DNA from: Octopus vulgaris
Taxonomy: Eukaryota
Direction of reading: 5' to 3'
Assembly: GCA_951406725.2 (NCBI GenBank)
Contig: OX597825.1
Location: 14,756,001 to 14,820,000 of the forward strand
Length of the DNA stretch: 64,000 nt
The notes below the pieces were generated by a model, which saw only the letters and a list, made by a program, of their open reading frames with translations, did no database searches and had not been told where the DNA came from. This document shows, piece after piece, positions 25,140 to 38,715 of the stretch. The translations under genes were made by a program, and so were the position numbers. The number at the start of each line of letters is the position of its first letter. Within the stretch, counting starts at the first letter, position 1.

Positions 25140-25187
25140 AGGAGTAGGAGTGACTGTGTGGTAAGTAGTTTGCTTACCAACTACATC
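25140..25187 (+). mobile_element. Head fragment of SINE family A
   Basis: AGGAGTAGGAGTGACTGTGTGGTAAGTAGTTTGCTTACCAACTACAT. Confidence 0.75.
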
Positions 25188-26455
25188 TGCACTGTAATAG
25201 ATGAATATCCTGAGCTTTTGAAGCGTTGTATCGACAACAGTGAGGGTTATTTTCAATACACAAATAAATGTCCAAAGTTTCGTTTGTATGCGATCATTAA
25301 TTATCCTGAAATTCAAACATTTTTTTTTGTAACAGTATTTATGGCTACACTGTGAATGTTTTTTTATGTTTTCTGAATTTTCTATATTTTTTCTGAATTG
25401 TTTATACTCTAACCACCATTCTACACTAATGAAAATTAATTAGTTGCTTTTTAATTTGTGCACATATATTTGAGATAAGGTTGTATTGTTTGTGTTCAGG
25501 TGTGTGCGTGTGTGTGTAGTCTTTAGATTTGATATCATCAGAATATTCACTGTCTGACTTCCTACCTCTTTTTATAAAACCAGTCAGCTGTGTGTGTTGT
25601 TGTTTTTTCCGCTCTTTCAATATCTCTCAAGCAGTATTTCTGTATAAGTTAGATATCGTTCGTAAAGGTCCACATTTTTCTTACTTTGTTTGTTTATTTA
25701 CATTTTCTTACGTCTTCCAGCTGATTGTATTCTATGGTATCTAATCTTCTTCACGTGTCAGTTCTTAGTAAGCTTCTTCTGCTCTAGTGCTTCATTTTGT
25801 TTCCTCCATAGTGGTCTATTCTTCCGACATTTCCATTCATGAGAACGTTGAACATTTTTCTGTTTGTCTCTTGATTAAGTTTTTATTCTTGGCAAAATAC
25901 GTTAAGGCTGGCGAGAAATTGGTTATTCTATCCAGTGATATTTTCACATGAAATTCGTATAAAATGGCTGATGCATATAACTGAATCTGTCTTCGTTACT
26001 ATTAGCGGTCGGACTTAGTGCCATGGGCAAATGTATTTAAATATCTACTGTTGCCATGTTATCATTATGTTTCCTCCATAAGTGACTGTTGTTTTTATTT
26101 TTATTTTCCTCCATGAGAGTATTTATAGATTTTAATTTAATATTCATTTTGTTGTTTTATTCATATTATCTAGAAAGTTTACATTATTCTGTATTTAGAG
26201 TAACTCACTTTAGTTCCTGTACTTTGTTTTTGGTCTTCTGGTTCTGACTTTTGTTTAGATTCCTCTAGTCATGTTAGTACTTTGGTTTCGTTTGGTATTG
26301 GTTATTTCATTGTATCATTCTCTCTTTTCCGTTGCGTTTAGCAAACAGTATTTTAGTAAGCTTCACAACATTAATAGTTTTGAAAAGTTTTATTCTTGTC
26401 TTGGTTCTTCCGACATTTTTTTCCTCATCCAACGAATCTCGTGTACTCTTTACCA

Positions 26456-26827
26456 TTTTACTTGTTTCAGTCATTTGACTGCGGCCATGATGGAGCACCA
26501 GCTTTAGTCGAGTAAATTGACCCCAGAATTTATTCTTTGTAAGCCTAGTATTTAGTCTATCGGTCTCTTTTGTAGAAACGGCTATGTTACGGGAACGCAA
26601 ACACACTCGCATCAATTTCAAGCGATGTTGGGGAACAAACATGATCACACACACACATATATACGATGGGCTTCTTTCAGTTTCCCTCTACCAAATCCAC
26701 TCACAAGGCTTTGGTCGGCCCGAGGCTATAGTAGAAGACACTTGCCCAAGGTGCCATGCAGCAGGACTGAACCCGGAACCATGTGGTTCGTAAGCAAGCT
26801 AATTACTACACAGCCACTCCTGCGTCT
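26456..26827 (-). mobile_element. SINE family A
   Basis: Reverse-complement match to family A. Confidence 0.9.
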
Positions 26828-27065
26828 AAGTTTATGTTATACATCTATGTCCTATAGGTATTTGTGCACTTAATTTGTATCATCTGCATACGACAAATTG
26901 CTCTCATACAATATATGTTTGATTGTCCTCATTTACCTGTGTTTAAGAACTTTCTGCTTTAAATTATCTTAGATATTACCGTCACAGAGAAAACAATTAA
27001 GAAATCATTCATTTTTATTCATCCATATTGATTATTTGACGTGCTATATATTAATTTCATTTAAA

Positions 27066-28422
27066 GGTGGCGTATCGTTAGCACGCCATGCGAAATACTT
27101 AGGGGTATTTCGTCTGCCGTTACCTTTTGAGTTCAAATTCCGCCGAGGTCGACTTTGCCTTTCATCCTTTCGGGGTCGATAAATTAAGTACCAGTTACGC
27201 ACTGGGGTCGATGTAATCGACTTGATCCGTTTGTCTGTCCTTGTTTGACATCTCTGTGTTTAGCCCCTTGTGGGTAGTAAAGAAATAGGTATTTCGTCTG
27301 CCGTTACGTTGTGAGTTCAAATTCCGCCGAGGTCGACTATGCCTTTCATCCTTTCGGGGTCGATAAATTAAGTACCAGTTACGCACTGGGGTCGATATAA
27401 TCGACTTGATCCGTTTGTCTGTCCTTGTTTGACATCTCTGTGTTTAGCCCCTTGTGGGTAGTAAAGAAATAGGTATTTCGTCTGCCGTTACGTTGTGAGT
27501 TCAAATTCCGCCGAGGTCGACTATGCCTTTCATCCTTTCGGGGTCGATAAATTAAGTACCAGTTACGCACTGGGGTCGATATAATCGACTTGATCCGTTT
27601 GTCTGTCCTTGTTTGACATCTCTGTGTTTAGCCCCTTGTGGGTAATAAAGAAATAGGTATTTCGTCTGCCGTTACGTTGTGAGTTCAAATTCCGCCGAGG
27701 TCGACTATGCCTTTCATCCTTTCGGGGTCGATAAATTAAGTACCAGTTACGCACTGGGGTCGATATAATCGACTTGATCCGTTTGTCTGTCCTTGTTTGA
27801 CATCTCTGTGTTTAGCCCCTTGTGGGTAGTAAAGAAATAGGTATTTCGTCTGCCGTTACGTTGTGAGTTCAAATTCCGCCGAGGTCGACTATGCCTTTCA
27901 TCCTTTCGGGGTCGATAAATTAAGTACCAGTTACGCACTGGGGTCGATATAATCGACTTGATCCGTTTGTCTGTCCTTGTTTGACATCTCTGTGTTTAGC
28001 CCCTTGTGGGTAGTAAAGAAATAGGTATTTCGTCTGCCGTTACGTTGTGAGTTCAAATTCCGCCGAGGTCGACTATGCCTTTCATCCTTTCGGGGTCGAT
28101 AAATTAAGTACCAGTTACGCACTGGGGTCGATATAATCGACTTGATCCGTTTGTCTGTCCTTGTTTGACATCTCTGTGTTTAGCCCCTTGTGGGTAGTAA
28201 AGAAATAGGTATTTCGTCTGCCGTTACGTTGTGAGTTCAAATTCCGCCGAGGTCGACTTTGCCTTTCATCCTTTCGGGGTCGATAAATTACGTACCAGTT
28301 ACGCACTGGGGTCGATATAATCGACTTGATCCGTTTGTCTGTCCTTGTTTGACATCTCTGTGTTTAGCCCCTTGTGGGTAGTAAAGAAATAGGTATTTCG
28401 TCTGCCGTTACGTTGTGAGTTC
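27066..28422 (+). repeat. SINE family B tandem array: one head, 7 full 184-bp units and a ~31-bp partial unit
   Basis: Units start at GGTATTTCGTC at 27104, 27288, 27472, 27656, 27840, 28024, 28208 and 28392; nearly identical. Confidence 0.97.
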
Positions 28423-29124
28423 GATAATGTTGTATACCTTCACTGAATCCCTTATAGTCGGACTTAAAGTTTTATTTGTTTATACTGTGTCATCTCGGAA
28501 TTAATACAATATTTTGGAATTAGCCAAAACATGTAGAACGTTGGCATTTACATTATTTGTTCCATAAAACTATACCCGGATTTTAAGTTTTCAAACACGT
28601 CCACACGTTCCATGTTTAATACTTTCCGTTGCTAAATTTTCTTCGGAAACCAATTGTTTGTAAATTTTCAATTATGTTGTTGCTGTTGTTGCTGTCCCTT
28701 CTCTGTGATATACGTATAATGTGTTGGGTTTTGTAGTTTATATCCCTCAATTTCCGCGTGTTATTTTTATCTTATTGTTCTACTTACAAAAATATATATT
28801 GATTCTTTTGATTATTTGTATTTTCCTTGTATTCTATATCCCTATTTCTGTAGTCTGCTATTATGAGAATGTATCTACTTTAAATTCCCTAGTTTCTTTG
28901 GATTTGCGTTTATTTTTAGATCCGGATCAAGGTTATTGCCAGTTTCAAAATTTATTGAAGAATTTTGTCATAGTTTTCTTTTTCTATTTAGAATGGGGTT
29001 TTATAAGACGCATGGAGAAATATATTTCTTTCCTGCTCATATATAATTTTTTTGTATTTCCTTTGCAAAACTCGCAGAGCAGGATCAGGCCCTTTATTTA
29101 TAAAGTCATTCATATCGGTCAAGT

Positions 29125-29245
29125 CGGCGCGCTGGCAGAATACACCAGGCATTTCGTCCGACATTCTGTTGTGAGTTCAAATTCTTCGGTGTCGATGCAA
29201 TAAGTACAAGTCGATCTCTGGGGTGAGAAATTGCTAGCCTCGTGC
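29125..29245 (+). mobile_element. Highly degenerate family B-related SINE
   Basis: CGGCGCGCTGGCAGAA..GCATTTCGTCC..GAGTTCAAATTC..AATAAGTAC. Confidence 0.55.
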
Positions 29246-30274
29246 ATATACATGTGTATATGCATATATGTATATTTTATATAACAAACCCAATCATATA
29301 TATTTGCATCAGTAGCTCCATATCAGTTCATCTGGATTACTTTTATAGCCACTCAATATACAGCGGATTTATTCATCGATAAACTCATCGAGATGTTAGT
29401 TTGAATTATTTGTTTTCTATATTGAGCATCTCCTGATCTTACCTTTTGAATAGACATACATACATACATACGTAAACTAAAAATATCACCCACATCATAA
29501 AGAGTTATCCAAAAATGTCATCATGGTATTATCTACCCATTGACATATGGTGTTGAATAACGAGATCCGTCGAACATTGTATAACGAGATCCGTCGAACG
29601 AATAACCCCGAGAGCAAAGAAATAAGAGCCCACAGTTTGGTGGAAGCCATAGCCACTCATAATAAAAGGGACTACTGGTAGAAAGTCTCAGTGAAAACTT
29701 CAATAAAATGTAAACACAATAGACCTGATATAATGGTTTGGGAGAGAGTAGTGAAACTGTACAGTTCTGGAAACCAGCTACCCTGCGGATGTTAATATAA
29801 AGCTGAAGATCAGTGAAAAAGAGAATACCTACCCTACGTTGGACTATTGAGAAATCTACAGTCATTCTATCCGGATTACAAGTTCAGGTTTATGCCTGTA
29901 ATTATTGGGGCGGAGATATATGTAACACCCTGCCTAAATACCAGTCTTGAAAAATTAGGTTTCTCAAAACTGGAAATGAGAAAATTGATTCGATGGCTGT
30001 AGATTCTAAAAATCTGTAAGACTTTCCAGAAGTTTATCATTTAAGTATATATGAGCATGTCTACAAATGCAAGTATATGCATGAGAAGACATACATAAAA
30101 CAAAACATAAAATCGGCACGTACACATAAATACATATATGCATACAAAAATAGCCATGTTGATGTTGTTGAAATTCCAATGAAGGAGAACCTTGGATCTA
30201 GTTTAGAAACCGATTCTTTCCCTCTTAGCCGGAAATGTTGAAATAAAACTGAATAACGACATTCACATACTCTC

Positions 30275-30502
30275 TCTTTTACTCTTTTAATTGTGTCAGT
30301 TATTTTGACTGTGGCCATGCTTGAGCACCGCCTTTAGTCGAGCAAATCGACCCCAGGACTTATTATTTGTATGCCTAGTACTTATTCTATCAGTTTCTTT
30401 TGCCGAGCCGCTAAGTTACGGGGACGTGAACACAACAGCATCATTTGTCAAGCGATGTTGGGGGAACAAACACAGACACACAAACACACACGCATATACA
30501 TA

Positions 30503-30548
<46 letters not shown>

Positions 30549-30706
30549 ACGGGCTTCTCTCAGTTTCCGTCTACCAAATCCACTCACAAGGCTTTGGTCG
30601 GCCCGAGGCTATAGTAGAAGACACTCGCTCAAGGCACCACGCAGTGAGACTGAACCCGGAACCATGTGATTGGTAAGCAAGCTACTTACCACACACCCAC
30701 TCCTGC
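30275..30706 (-). mobile_element. SINE family A
   Basis: Reverse-complement match to family A. Confidence 0.92.
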
Positions 30707-31289
30707 ATGCTTTGAAAGTAAAATTATTTAACACGAAAAGTAAAATAAGGATACAATGATTAACACAACATAATTAAAATCTGCAAAATATGAACAATTT
30801 ATTGTTCAAAGTTTTAGAGCATTCACCTTTTTTGTCTTTCTTCTAATGCTTACATTGTGGCTTCGGCGAATCGAAATTAACTGTCAAATTATTCTGAGTG
30901 GTTTGGCGTTAAGAAACGCTCTTATTTTCCGCAGAACAATGTTCCAATGTCATATAATGGATTTGTGGTTATTTTTTTTCTAACAACCTATCTGTTACAT
31001 GTTTCCAATATTACAAATCTAACTTCTCCGAAGAGACGTGGATTACCTAATTATTTCGATTTGATTTTCAGAGAACATCGAACTTCATTTCTTCTTTTTT
31101 TCGCAATGTTCATTGATTTTCCTATGTAAGGACACCTTAATTCCTTTTCTAAATTTGTTACTTTTCACCTGTGTTAATTGTTTTGTGTTGCTTTTCATTT
31201 GGGGATTTCTTTCTTTTGTTTCTTTCCAAATTTTGGACACTTTTCTCTGCAGCCATCATCTCTTAATCCCGAATCAATAAATGACTTTT

Positions 31290-34200
31290 AAACTATTCTG
31301 CCGAAGGAAATCGAATATCCGAAAAGAAAAGTAACAAAGCTAGCCATAGAAAGTACAGGTCTCAGAAGCATCCAGCTTTACCAGCATCACTATTTTACAA
31401 GCTGCAGCTCAAGTTGCAATGTTGAATGAAATATTTGCGTTGTAACAGAACTAGAAGGCAACGACCAAAGTCCCAAAACTCGATCAAATACAGAAATCGC
31501 CGATCAGGTTCCCGGCTTCAGATCATACGTCATACAAGGCGAACAAGTTTTATTATTACTTGTCAACTGTTAAGAAAGGATTGACGTCGCCTCTATTTCT
31601 AAGACTTTGTGCAACACCATAACTCCATAATCTGCGGAGTTTTGACCGATGGTGTTCTACAAATTAGAGCTTAGCCCTCTACTGCTTTCTTAGTTTTTCG
31701 TTGAAATCTTTCCCGGGTGTTCTTTCCCATTAATTTTAGTTCCCCGTGGCAAAAATGCAATGAGATACAGTAATTCCTCACCATATCACGCTTCACCTAT
31801 CGCGGTTTATTATTTAAGCTTACGTCGATACATCAGTGGTGTTGTTTTGCATTTATAATAAAAGAAGTATATACAAATTATCAAAGTAAGTAAGAAATAT
31901 AAAGTGCAGTACCGTTTCTTCTTCGCGGATTTTCCCCTATCGTTGGGGTTTTGGAACTTAAAACACGCGATAATTGAGGAATTACTATAGATCTTACTTA
32001 GACATACGTAGCTGTTATATGTCTAGCAGTGTACCACCAATTTTCATGCCCTTTGGGTGCACATAAATTGGTAGATTTATATATTTTTGTGTCGCTTAGT
32101 GAATGGGTCCCCCCTCCTGCAAATCGCTTCTCATGCCCTGATTACATGTCATGTCTCGCTAGATTTGCTTTAACCATCTGCTCATATTGAAATACAAAAT
32201 GACACCCAGTCACGGATGCACCTTGTCTCTAATCTTTGTGTGTCAGAGAAAAGTCTTGTTCTAAACATTACTTTAAACTTTTTTCCGGAATTTCATATCT
32301 ATTATAATGTTTAGTACGAGTCTCTCTACTAGAGAAGCAGTACCATTAGCAAAAAGAAGAAAATATGTGTACAGACTATTCTCATTGAAAGAAATCAATA
32401 ATTTAATCTTCGGATACAAGAAAGAATTTCAAACAAAGAAAATGAACGTAAGATGAACAAAATATAAAGAGATAAAGATAACAAGAAGCATGGCAACGCA
32501 AGTAACAGATACCATCTCGACTAAAGACAATCAATTCAAAATAAGAAAACGCATATTTGACGACATAAAAAGTATTAACAAGAAAGCAGACACGCAAATA
32601 AACTTGCTGTCAAATTAAGAACATCATGAACAAAGGACAACAGTCAATTTCACTGACAAGTATTTTTTAAAAACTTCAACTACACACAGCCGGGAAGGAA
32701 ATACATTTGGAATATCTACATAGATAAGATGGCTGTCACCTCGCCTGATCAAATCTTTCAAGGGAGAAAGAAAGTTATTTATATCTCCAGTGACTGCAGC
32801 ATAAAATGCTTCCTCTTCCCCCCACCAAATGAACCGTTTGATATATTTTTAACTGCTGTATGATGAGATATCTTCTCTATTATTTGATTTATCTGGTGCT
32901 GGAATTTCTTTCTCGACTTTAAGCGTGAGAGCGGGATGAAAACATCTGTGCATGTGGTGCTCCATACGCCTCCTTCTATACAAGTATTACTGTCAAAATA
33001 CGACGGACCACTGTAAAAAGTAATGGAAACGATGTCGATAATGTCTTGCTAATGTATGAGTTTTGTGTCACACTACTGGCAAGAAACTAGCGCCTAAGTG
33101 AAAAGGAATGGTTAGTGACCTTATGTAATTTTAATGATGCCCGAAGATAATGCATTTATACAAGTAAGTCTGTTGCAGATGACACAGAAGAATAGACAGT
33201 GAGAAAGATGCTATAAGACGAAATGCAATGACTACTACATCAATGAGTATATTTTAAAATATTTCTTCCCAAATAACTCGAAATACCTAAAACGAAAAGA
33301 CAGAAAAGCTACGAGTAACAAGTGCAGGTCTCAGAAATATCCATATTTACCAGCATTAGAGGTTCACCAGCTGAAGTTCCAGTTACATCTACGAGATGTA
33401 AGAAGCTATTCTCATCGTCCTACAGTTCTAGTCGAACACCAGACTCCCAAATCATGATCGAATCAATAGCCAAACTATACAGCTGCAATCCCGATTATAC
33501 ACACACGTCAACCTCATCGGTTTGCATCTATGTGGAAGAAAGAGTAAGTGAACAGGAGACTAGAAAAGCGAAAGATTTACCCCTTCCCCAGCATGATCAT
33601 TTGACATCTGTGTAGCACATGAAGTTGTTCTGGTTGGCGAATTTAATATTTCAGCTTTTATACAATTCTGCAAATTTCTCAAAACATTTTGTCGTACAAT
33701 TTGGTGGGATAATTCATAAAACATACTTTCAAGTGTATCACAATTTGATTATACTCCAGCGAGCTAGAGTTGTCGAACTAAAAGAGGAAGACGAAAAGGA
33801 AGAAGCAGTGGATAGAAAGAGAGCAAGGGTAGAATCGCCATCGAAAAACAGAAAAAAAGAAGAAAGGAAAAAAGAAAATAGTTGATGAGAAAAAAACAGA
33901 GAATCGAAATCAGGAAATGGAGCAAACAACAAGTAGATTAAGGGAAGCAGGAAAGGAGGAGAAAATTAACAAGTGGAAGAACGCATGGATGTTATTGCAA
34001 AAGAAGGAAGACCTAAGGGACGAAACTTGAGAATGATGATATTTTACGAAAAGGGTACGGAAATCGAAAAGAGATTATCTATAATGAAAGGACTAGTAAG
34101 AGTGAAATTGAATCATGAAATGTTTGATACAGACCGGAAAGCAGTGTTGCTGGAGAAAGAATAGGTAGATTGGTAGAGTTGTGTCCCCGACATTGTTATA

Positions 34201-34330
34201 GGGACCAGATTCTGTGTGCGTTTCGACAGTTTGCCCAGTCTGGTAGAGCTGGAGGAACTGACGAAGCACATAACTGATGGAGAATTCGGATAATCATGAA
34301 CTGTATACATGAACAGTAAAATGGAACTGC
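31290..34330 (+). mobile_element. Cluster of heavily decayed LINE ORF1-like fragments (two paralogous segments at ~31290-31420 and ~33260-33390)
   Basis: Shared AAGTRCAGGTCTCAGAA..TTTACCAGCAT; charged coding-like stretches with many stops; clade assignment is a guess. Confidence 0.35.
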
Positions 34331-36401
34331 GATCTTCGGGGGGGGGGGTCGTAAGCCATTGCATTTCTTTTCATTCGATTTTATTGTCACATACATTTTC
34401 ATTATACAATTTACCTACCCCACGTTTTGTGTTGTCTGTCTTCGTATTGACCCCTCTTTTTTACAGGTTATATGCTGATAATAAAGAAATACTTGTCGAA
34501 CTGTTCTAGTAGGCGTTAATGATTTTTTATGTCAAAAGAGTTAATTTCTCGTAGTTAATTTCTCTTACCTTCTCTGTCAATATTAGGGCCGTGGTCCTAA
34601 ACTGGAGATCTGTGTGAGATGGTTGGAAACTCAGCAACAACCTCCTTACATGATTATTGGCCAAGTCGATCGTGAATATCTGCTCATTGGCCTATTTATT
34701 ATTCCTTTTTCTTTTCATTCTGGTCGTCTGTAAATTTTTGTTTCTTAAACGTTTTGTTCCCGTTCCCGTCAATGAAGTTGATTTCCTATTAGTATTTGTG
34801 CGACCTCGTTTTATAATTTTTTTTTTCTCATATCCCTGTTAAATGTAAAGAAAAACAATAATTGCTTTTCCCAAAACGTCTTATGCATGCATTTCCTCAA
34901 AACGAATTAAGTCTTTCTTTCAGTATTCGGAAACTTTTTTTCTTTTCTCTCGATAAAGTTTTCTTGTACAATTTTCTTTCTGGTGTCGGTTCTTTATTTT
35001 CCATTTGCCAAAGAATTCTCAATTTAATTTTATATGATTTCTTTAGATTTTTCTTGGAGTATATGTGTAAAGTGTGTCTGTCTCTAATTGAATGAAACCC
35101 GTTTACCCTCATGCTTCCACAACTTTCGAATAGATTAAACTAGTAATTCTATTTCAATTAGGGTAGTTTTTTCTGGTGCAGAGAATTACTGACGCGGTCC
35201 TGCTTCATTCACTTATTCTTTTATGGAGTTGTTATTCGCAGGTAGCTTTCTCATTTATTAACAATGACGCACGTTTGCTGGTTCTGCTTAGTTTTGTTTC
35301 TTTTCTTTGATAAATTTACTGCGGTCCTCATCGCTTAATACTCAGATCTGTTATGGATATACATCTATGTATTTTGTTAAGTGTACTGGTGGTCACATTG
35401 TTTGTTATTCACTATATTTATTTGAATGCCTCCATGAAGATTACTATGGAACTTACCATTGTATTGGATTTTACTTTGGTTTCTTTGCCTACTTTCGATT
35501 TTCAATAATGTACTGTTTTTTTTTTTGTTTTGTTTTCTTCTCTCGTGTCTTCTATAGCATTTTCACTGTGTTTTGATGGTTCTCGTTTGTAATTGGTATA
35601 CTTGTTTCTACTTTATGTTTTTCATCTTTTATTCAGTATGAGGTTACTTGCACGCTGTTGAGTCTCCGATTTAATGCTTTTATTCTTTTCTTGTAGGTCA
35701 TAGGTTTATGTGTGGTCATCATTTTATATCGTTATATTTTCAATAAACACACTACACGAGTTGATCTATTACCCTTTGGCAGGTACTTTGACTGTGCTAA
35801 TCATAAATATTCTTACATATGAAAGCACGATCATATTCTTTTATCACCGTTGATCATAGCCTGTGTTATCATCGTGGCAGTCGTTTTGAGGTATAGTAAG
35901 AATGTGACAGTCTATTGTAGTGTTCACGGGTATGTTTTATATTTTTCTTCTGATTTTCTTTTAAATATAGACACTAGCAATAAGTGACACCTGTTTCTTA
36001 TTGGCAATAACATTTTAAGAAACACATATGACATATATGCTTGTCTGTTAAATATACTTTCTTTCCGATCTGTGTTTGTCTTCGAAAGAGATATGTTAAA
36101 CTTGACAATCATTTTATGGTCTATAAATATGAAATATGTCCACTATCCTGACTGTTTCTCTTAATATGATATTCGGAAATATTTACACACTTCAGGCGAC
36201 ACACGACTCTGATAACCGCTAGACTGGCTGGTTGCCTAATTATGACTCTGTAAGTGTACTTTAAGTGCATTTTAAAATTATTTAGGTGAGGTGCTCGTAG
36301 TTCATCGTTATCAGGTATTTATTTAAAGCTGACAGCTGGCTGAAGTTCTATAATGGTTATTACTTTTGTAACAATGAGTCACATTCTAGTTTGGAATCTT
36401 T

Positions 36402-36824
36402 GGATCTTTTCGGCTTGAACGACAGTTTTTTTTTTCTAGCGGTGTCATATGAAATTGTCACCCATAATTATGACCCTAGTATCGATCTATTGCATTTTAA
36501 TCTGTTTTAGGGTTAGGGTTAGAGGTGGGGGGAAGGGCATCTTTTTTTCTTCACAAATGTAAATAAATCCAATCTGTTTCTTAAACGAGGGACATATTCA
36601 TACGGCACAGAATGTTTTTTTTACCTCAATAGAAGTATTTGATTGGTTGAATTTGCAGAAATTTAAGAAAAAAACCCAACAAACATCTTAAAAAATATAG
36701 AATTTTTCAATAAAGCCAAGAGAAAAAGATGTTTTATAAACACATTCTACCAGTATGCGAAGTTTAAAATTTTTTTGTTACCTAGAAATTATGTTAAAAA
36801 CTGCCGTTCAAACCGAAAAGATCT
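36402..36824. mobile_element. Second copy of the 8-bp-TSD MITE
   Basis: Colinear with 17781-18201; TSD GAATCTTT at 36394-36401 and 36825-36832; internal TTAGGGTTAGGGTTAG. Confidence 0.92.
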
Positions 36825-36963
36825 GAATCTTTTTCTGCTTATCAGAAACTCTCTTATTTATGTTCTATCTAATATCCTATTGATTTGCCAATATTCCTTG
36901 ATATTTCCTGTCTAATATTCAGGTTTTCGTTACATTTCATCCTTACTTCCTTCCTTCTCGAGA

Positions 36964-37197
36964 CATGCCATGCTCATAAGGACTGGTGTCCCGGTTTCAG
37001 CGCCGTAGAAATTCCCCAGCTGGACGGGACACCGGTTGGTCGCAGCATTACTCATTTTTGCCAGCTGAGTGGACTGGAGCAACATGAAGATGAAGTGTTT
37101 TGCTCAAGAACACAACGGATCGCCCAGTCCAGGAATCGAAATCACAACCTTACGATCATGTTTTCAACACCCTAACCACTAAGCCACGCGCCTCCAC
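36964..37197 (-). mobile_element. tRNA-derived SINE with family C head/CORE-like part and a V-domain-like 3' part
   Basis: Minus strand: GGAGGCGCGTGGCTTAGTGG..TTCGATTCC..TGTGTTCTTGAGCAAAACAC..GTCCCGTCCAG..GAAACCGGG. Confidence 0.75.
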
Positions 37198-37603
37198 AAT
37201 ATTTCAAAATAAACTGACTGATTTGTAAGCTCGATTTTGCAATTTCTAACATTTTCTCTAGAAGAAAATACTAGAGCCCAAGGAACTTCATAGTTCACGT
37301 TGCATAATACGGGGATTAACTTATTTCTATATATATAATTCCTGCGTGACACCTTTTTTTCAAAAACTTATTTAGAACGTAAGTTTCTTTAAATATTTTT
37401 TCTTTAGTCTTTTAAAATATTCCGATATACTATAAACTATATGTATTATTCAAGTTGCTTTTTATTAATATATTTCTCCATGAACTTTAATTCTACGCCC
37501 TTGAATAATTTAGTTGATATCTAACTGAAGACAATAACTCAAATGAAAATATTACGATCAACGGTTTAAATTCATGGACAAACAAATCTATGATTAACAA
37601 ATA

Positions 37604-37988
37604 GTGAAAGCGCAATGGCCCAGTGGTTAGGGCAGCGCACTCGCGGTCATAGGATTGCGGTTTCGATTCCCAGACCGGGCGTTGTGAGTGTTTATTGAGC
37701 GAAAACACCTAAGAGCTCCACGAGGCTCCGGCAGGAGATGGTGGTGATCCCTGCTGTACTCATTCACCACAACTTTCTCACTCTTACTTCCTGTTTCTGT
37801 TGTACCTGTATTTCAAATGGCCGGCCTTGTCACTCTCTGTGTCACGCTGAATATCCCCGAGAACTACGTTAAGGGTACACGTGTCTGTGGAGTGCTCAGC
37901 CACTTACACGTTAATTTCACGTGCAGGCTGTTCCGTTGATTCGGATCAACCGGAACCCTCGTCGTCGTAACCGACGGAGTGCTTCCAC
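37604..37988 (+). mobile_element. SINE family D, full length
   Basis: A-box TGGCCCAGTGG, B-box GTTTCGATTCC; 3' half shared with 22729-22941 and ~38570-38715. Confidence 0.88.
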
Positions 37989-38162
37989 GACATCCATTGA
38001 TTAACAAATAAAATATGCAATTTCCATTATCGAATGTACACTTCTAAATATATTCGAACGCTTTCACTTGTTATTTCGTTCGAATTACTGATCATTCTTA
38101 TATACTTTTTTTGTGCCTGATGTGTAATTTGTAGCATTATCTTATTACATTTGCGATCATTA

Positions 38163-38360
38163 AGGTGGCAAACAGGCAGAAAAGTTAGTGTGCCGGATAA
38201 AACGCTGAGCGGAATTTTACCTTTACGTTCTGAGTTAAAGCACCACCGTGGTCGAATTTCGGGGTCGGTAAACTAGGAACTAGTTGATTCCTTGAGTCGA
38301 TGTAATCGGCTTACGCACTGCCCCGAAATTACTGGCCTTGTGTCAAGATTTGAAACCAAT
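38163..38360 (+). mobile_element. Degenerate family B-related SINE with a different tail
   Basis: GGTGGC..GGCAGAA..ACGTTCTGAGTT..GTCGATGTAATCG..GGCCTTGTG. Confidence 0.6.
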
Positions 38361-38439
38361 ATGTATATACCCACTTATATAAAATCATTTTTGGTTGTTG
38401 TAGTATTCGTGTTTTTCATATTACATATAGAATACCTTT

Positions 38440-38715
38440 GGTGAAGACAAGTGACTTAGTAGTTAGGGGTATTCTACTCTCTATTGTAAGGTTGCGAGTT
38501 CAATTGCTGGCAGTGTGTTGTGCCCTTGAGTTAGACACTTTACTTCTCGTCCACTCAGCTGGCAAAACTGAGTTGTACCTGTATTTCAAAGGGCCAGTCT
38601 TGTCACATTCTGTGTCAGGCTGAATCTCCCTGAGTACTACGTTATGGGTACGCGTGTCTGTGGAGTGCTCAATCACTCGCACGTTAACTTCACGAGTAGG
38701 CGGAACCGACGGTGT
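38440..38715 (+). mobile_element. Degenerate SINE (family C-like head, family D tail)
   Basis: TTGTACCTGTATTTCAAAGGGCCAG..GTGTCTGTGGAGTGCTCA shared with family D. Confidence 0.7.

Noticed and set aside
27104-27287. Hammerhead-containing retrozyme unit
   Set aside because: No CUGANGA or swapped-core hammerhead found on either strand of the 184-nt unit
27104-28422. CRISPR array, or a tandem gene array of 63-aa ORFs
   Set aside because: No unique spacers or cas genes; eukaryotic SINE units; the ORFs are antisense read-throughs of the repeat
28721-29203. 160-aa hydrophobic ORF as a membrane protein
   Set aside because: T-rich low-complexity frame with a non-ATG start that runs into a degenerate SINE
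30178-30220. Hammerhead-like ATGAAGG..AGAAACCGATTC
   Set aside because: Core and stems too degenerate to support a call
36507-36522. Telomeric TTAGGG repeat or chromosome-fusion scar
   Set aside because: Only 2-3 units, internal to a MITE present twice in the window
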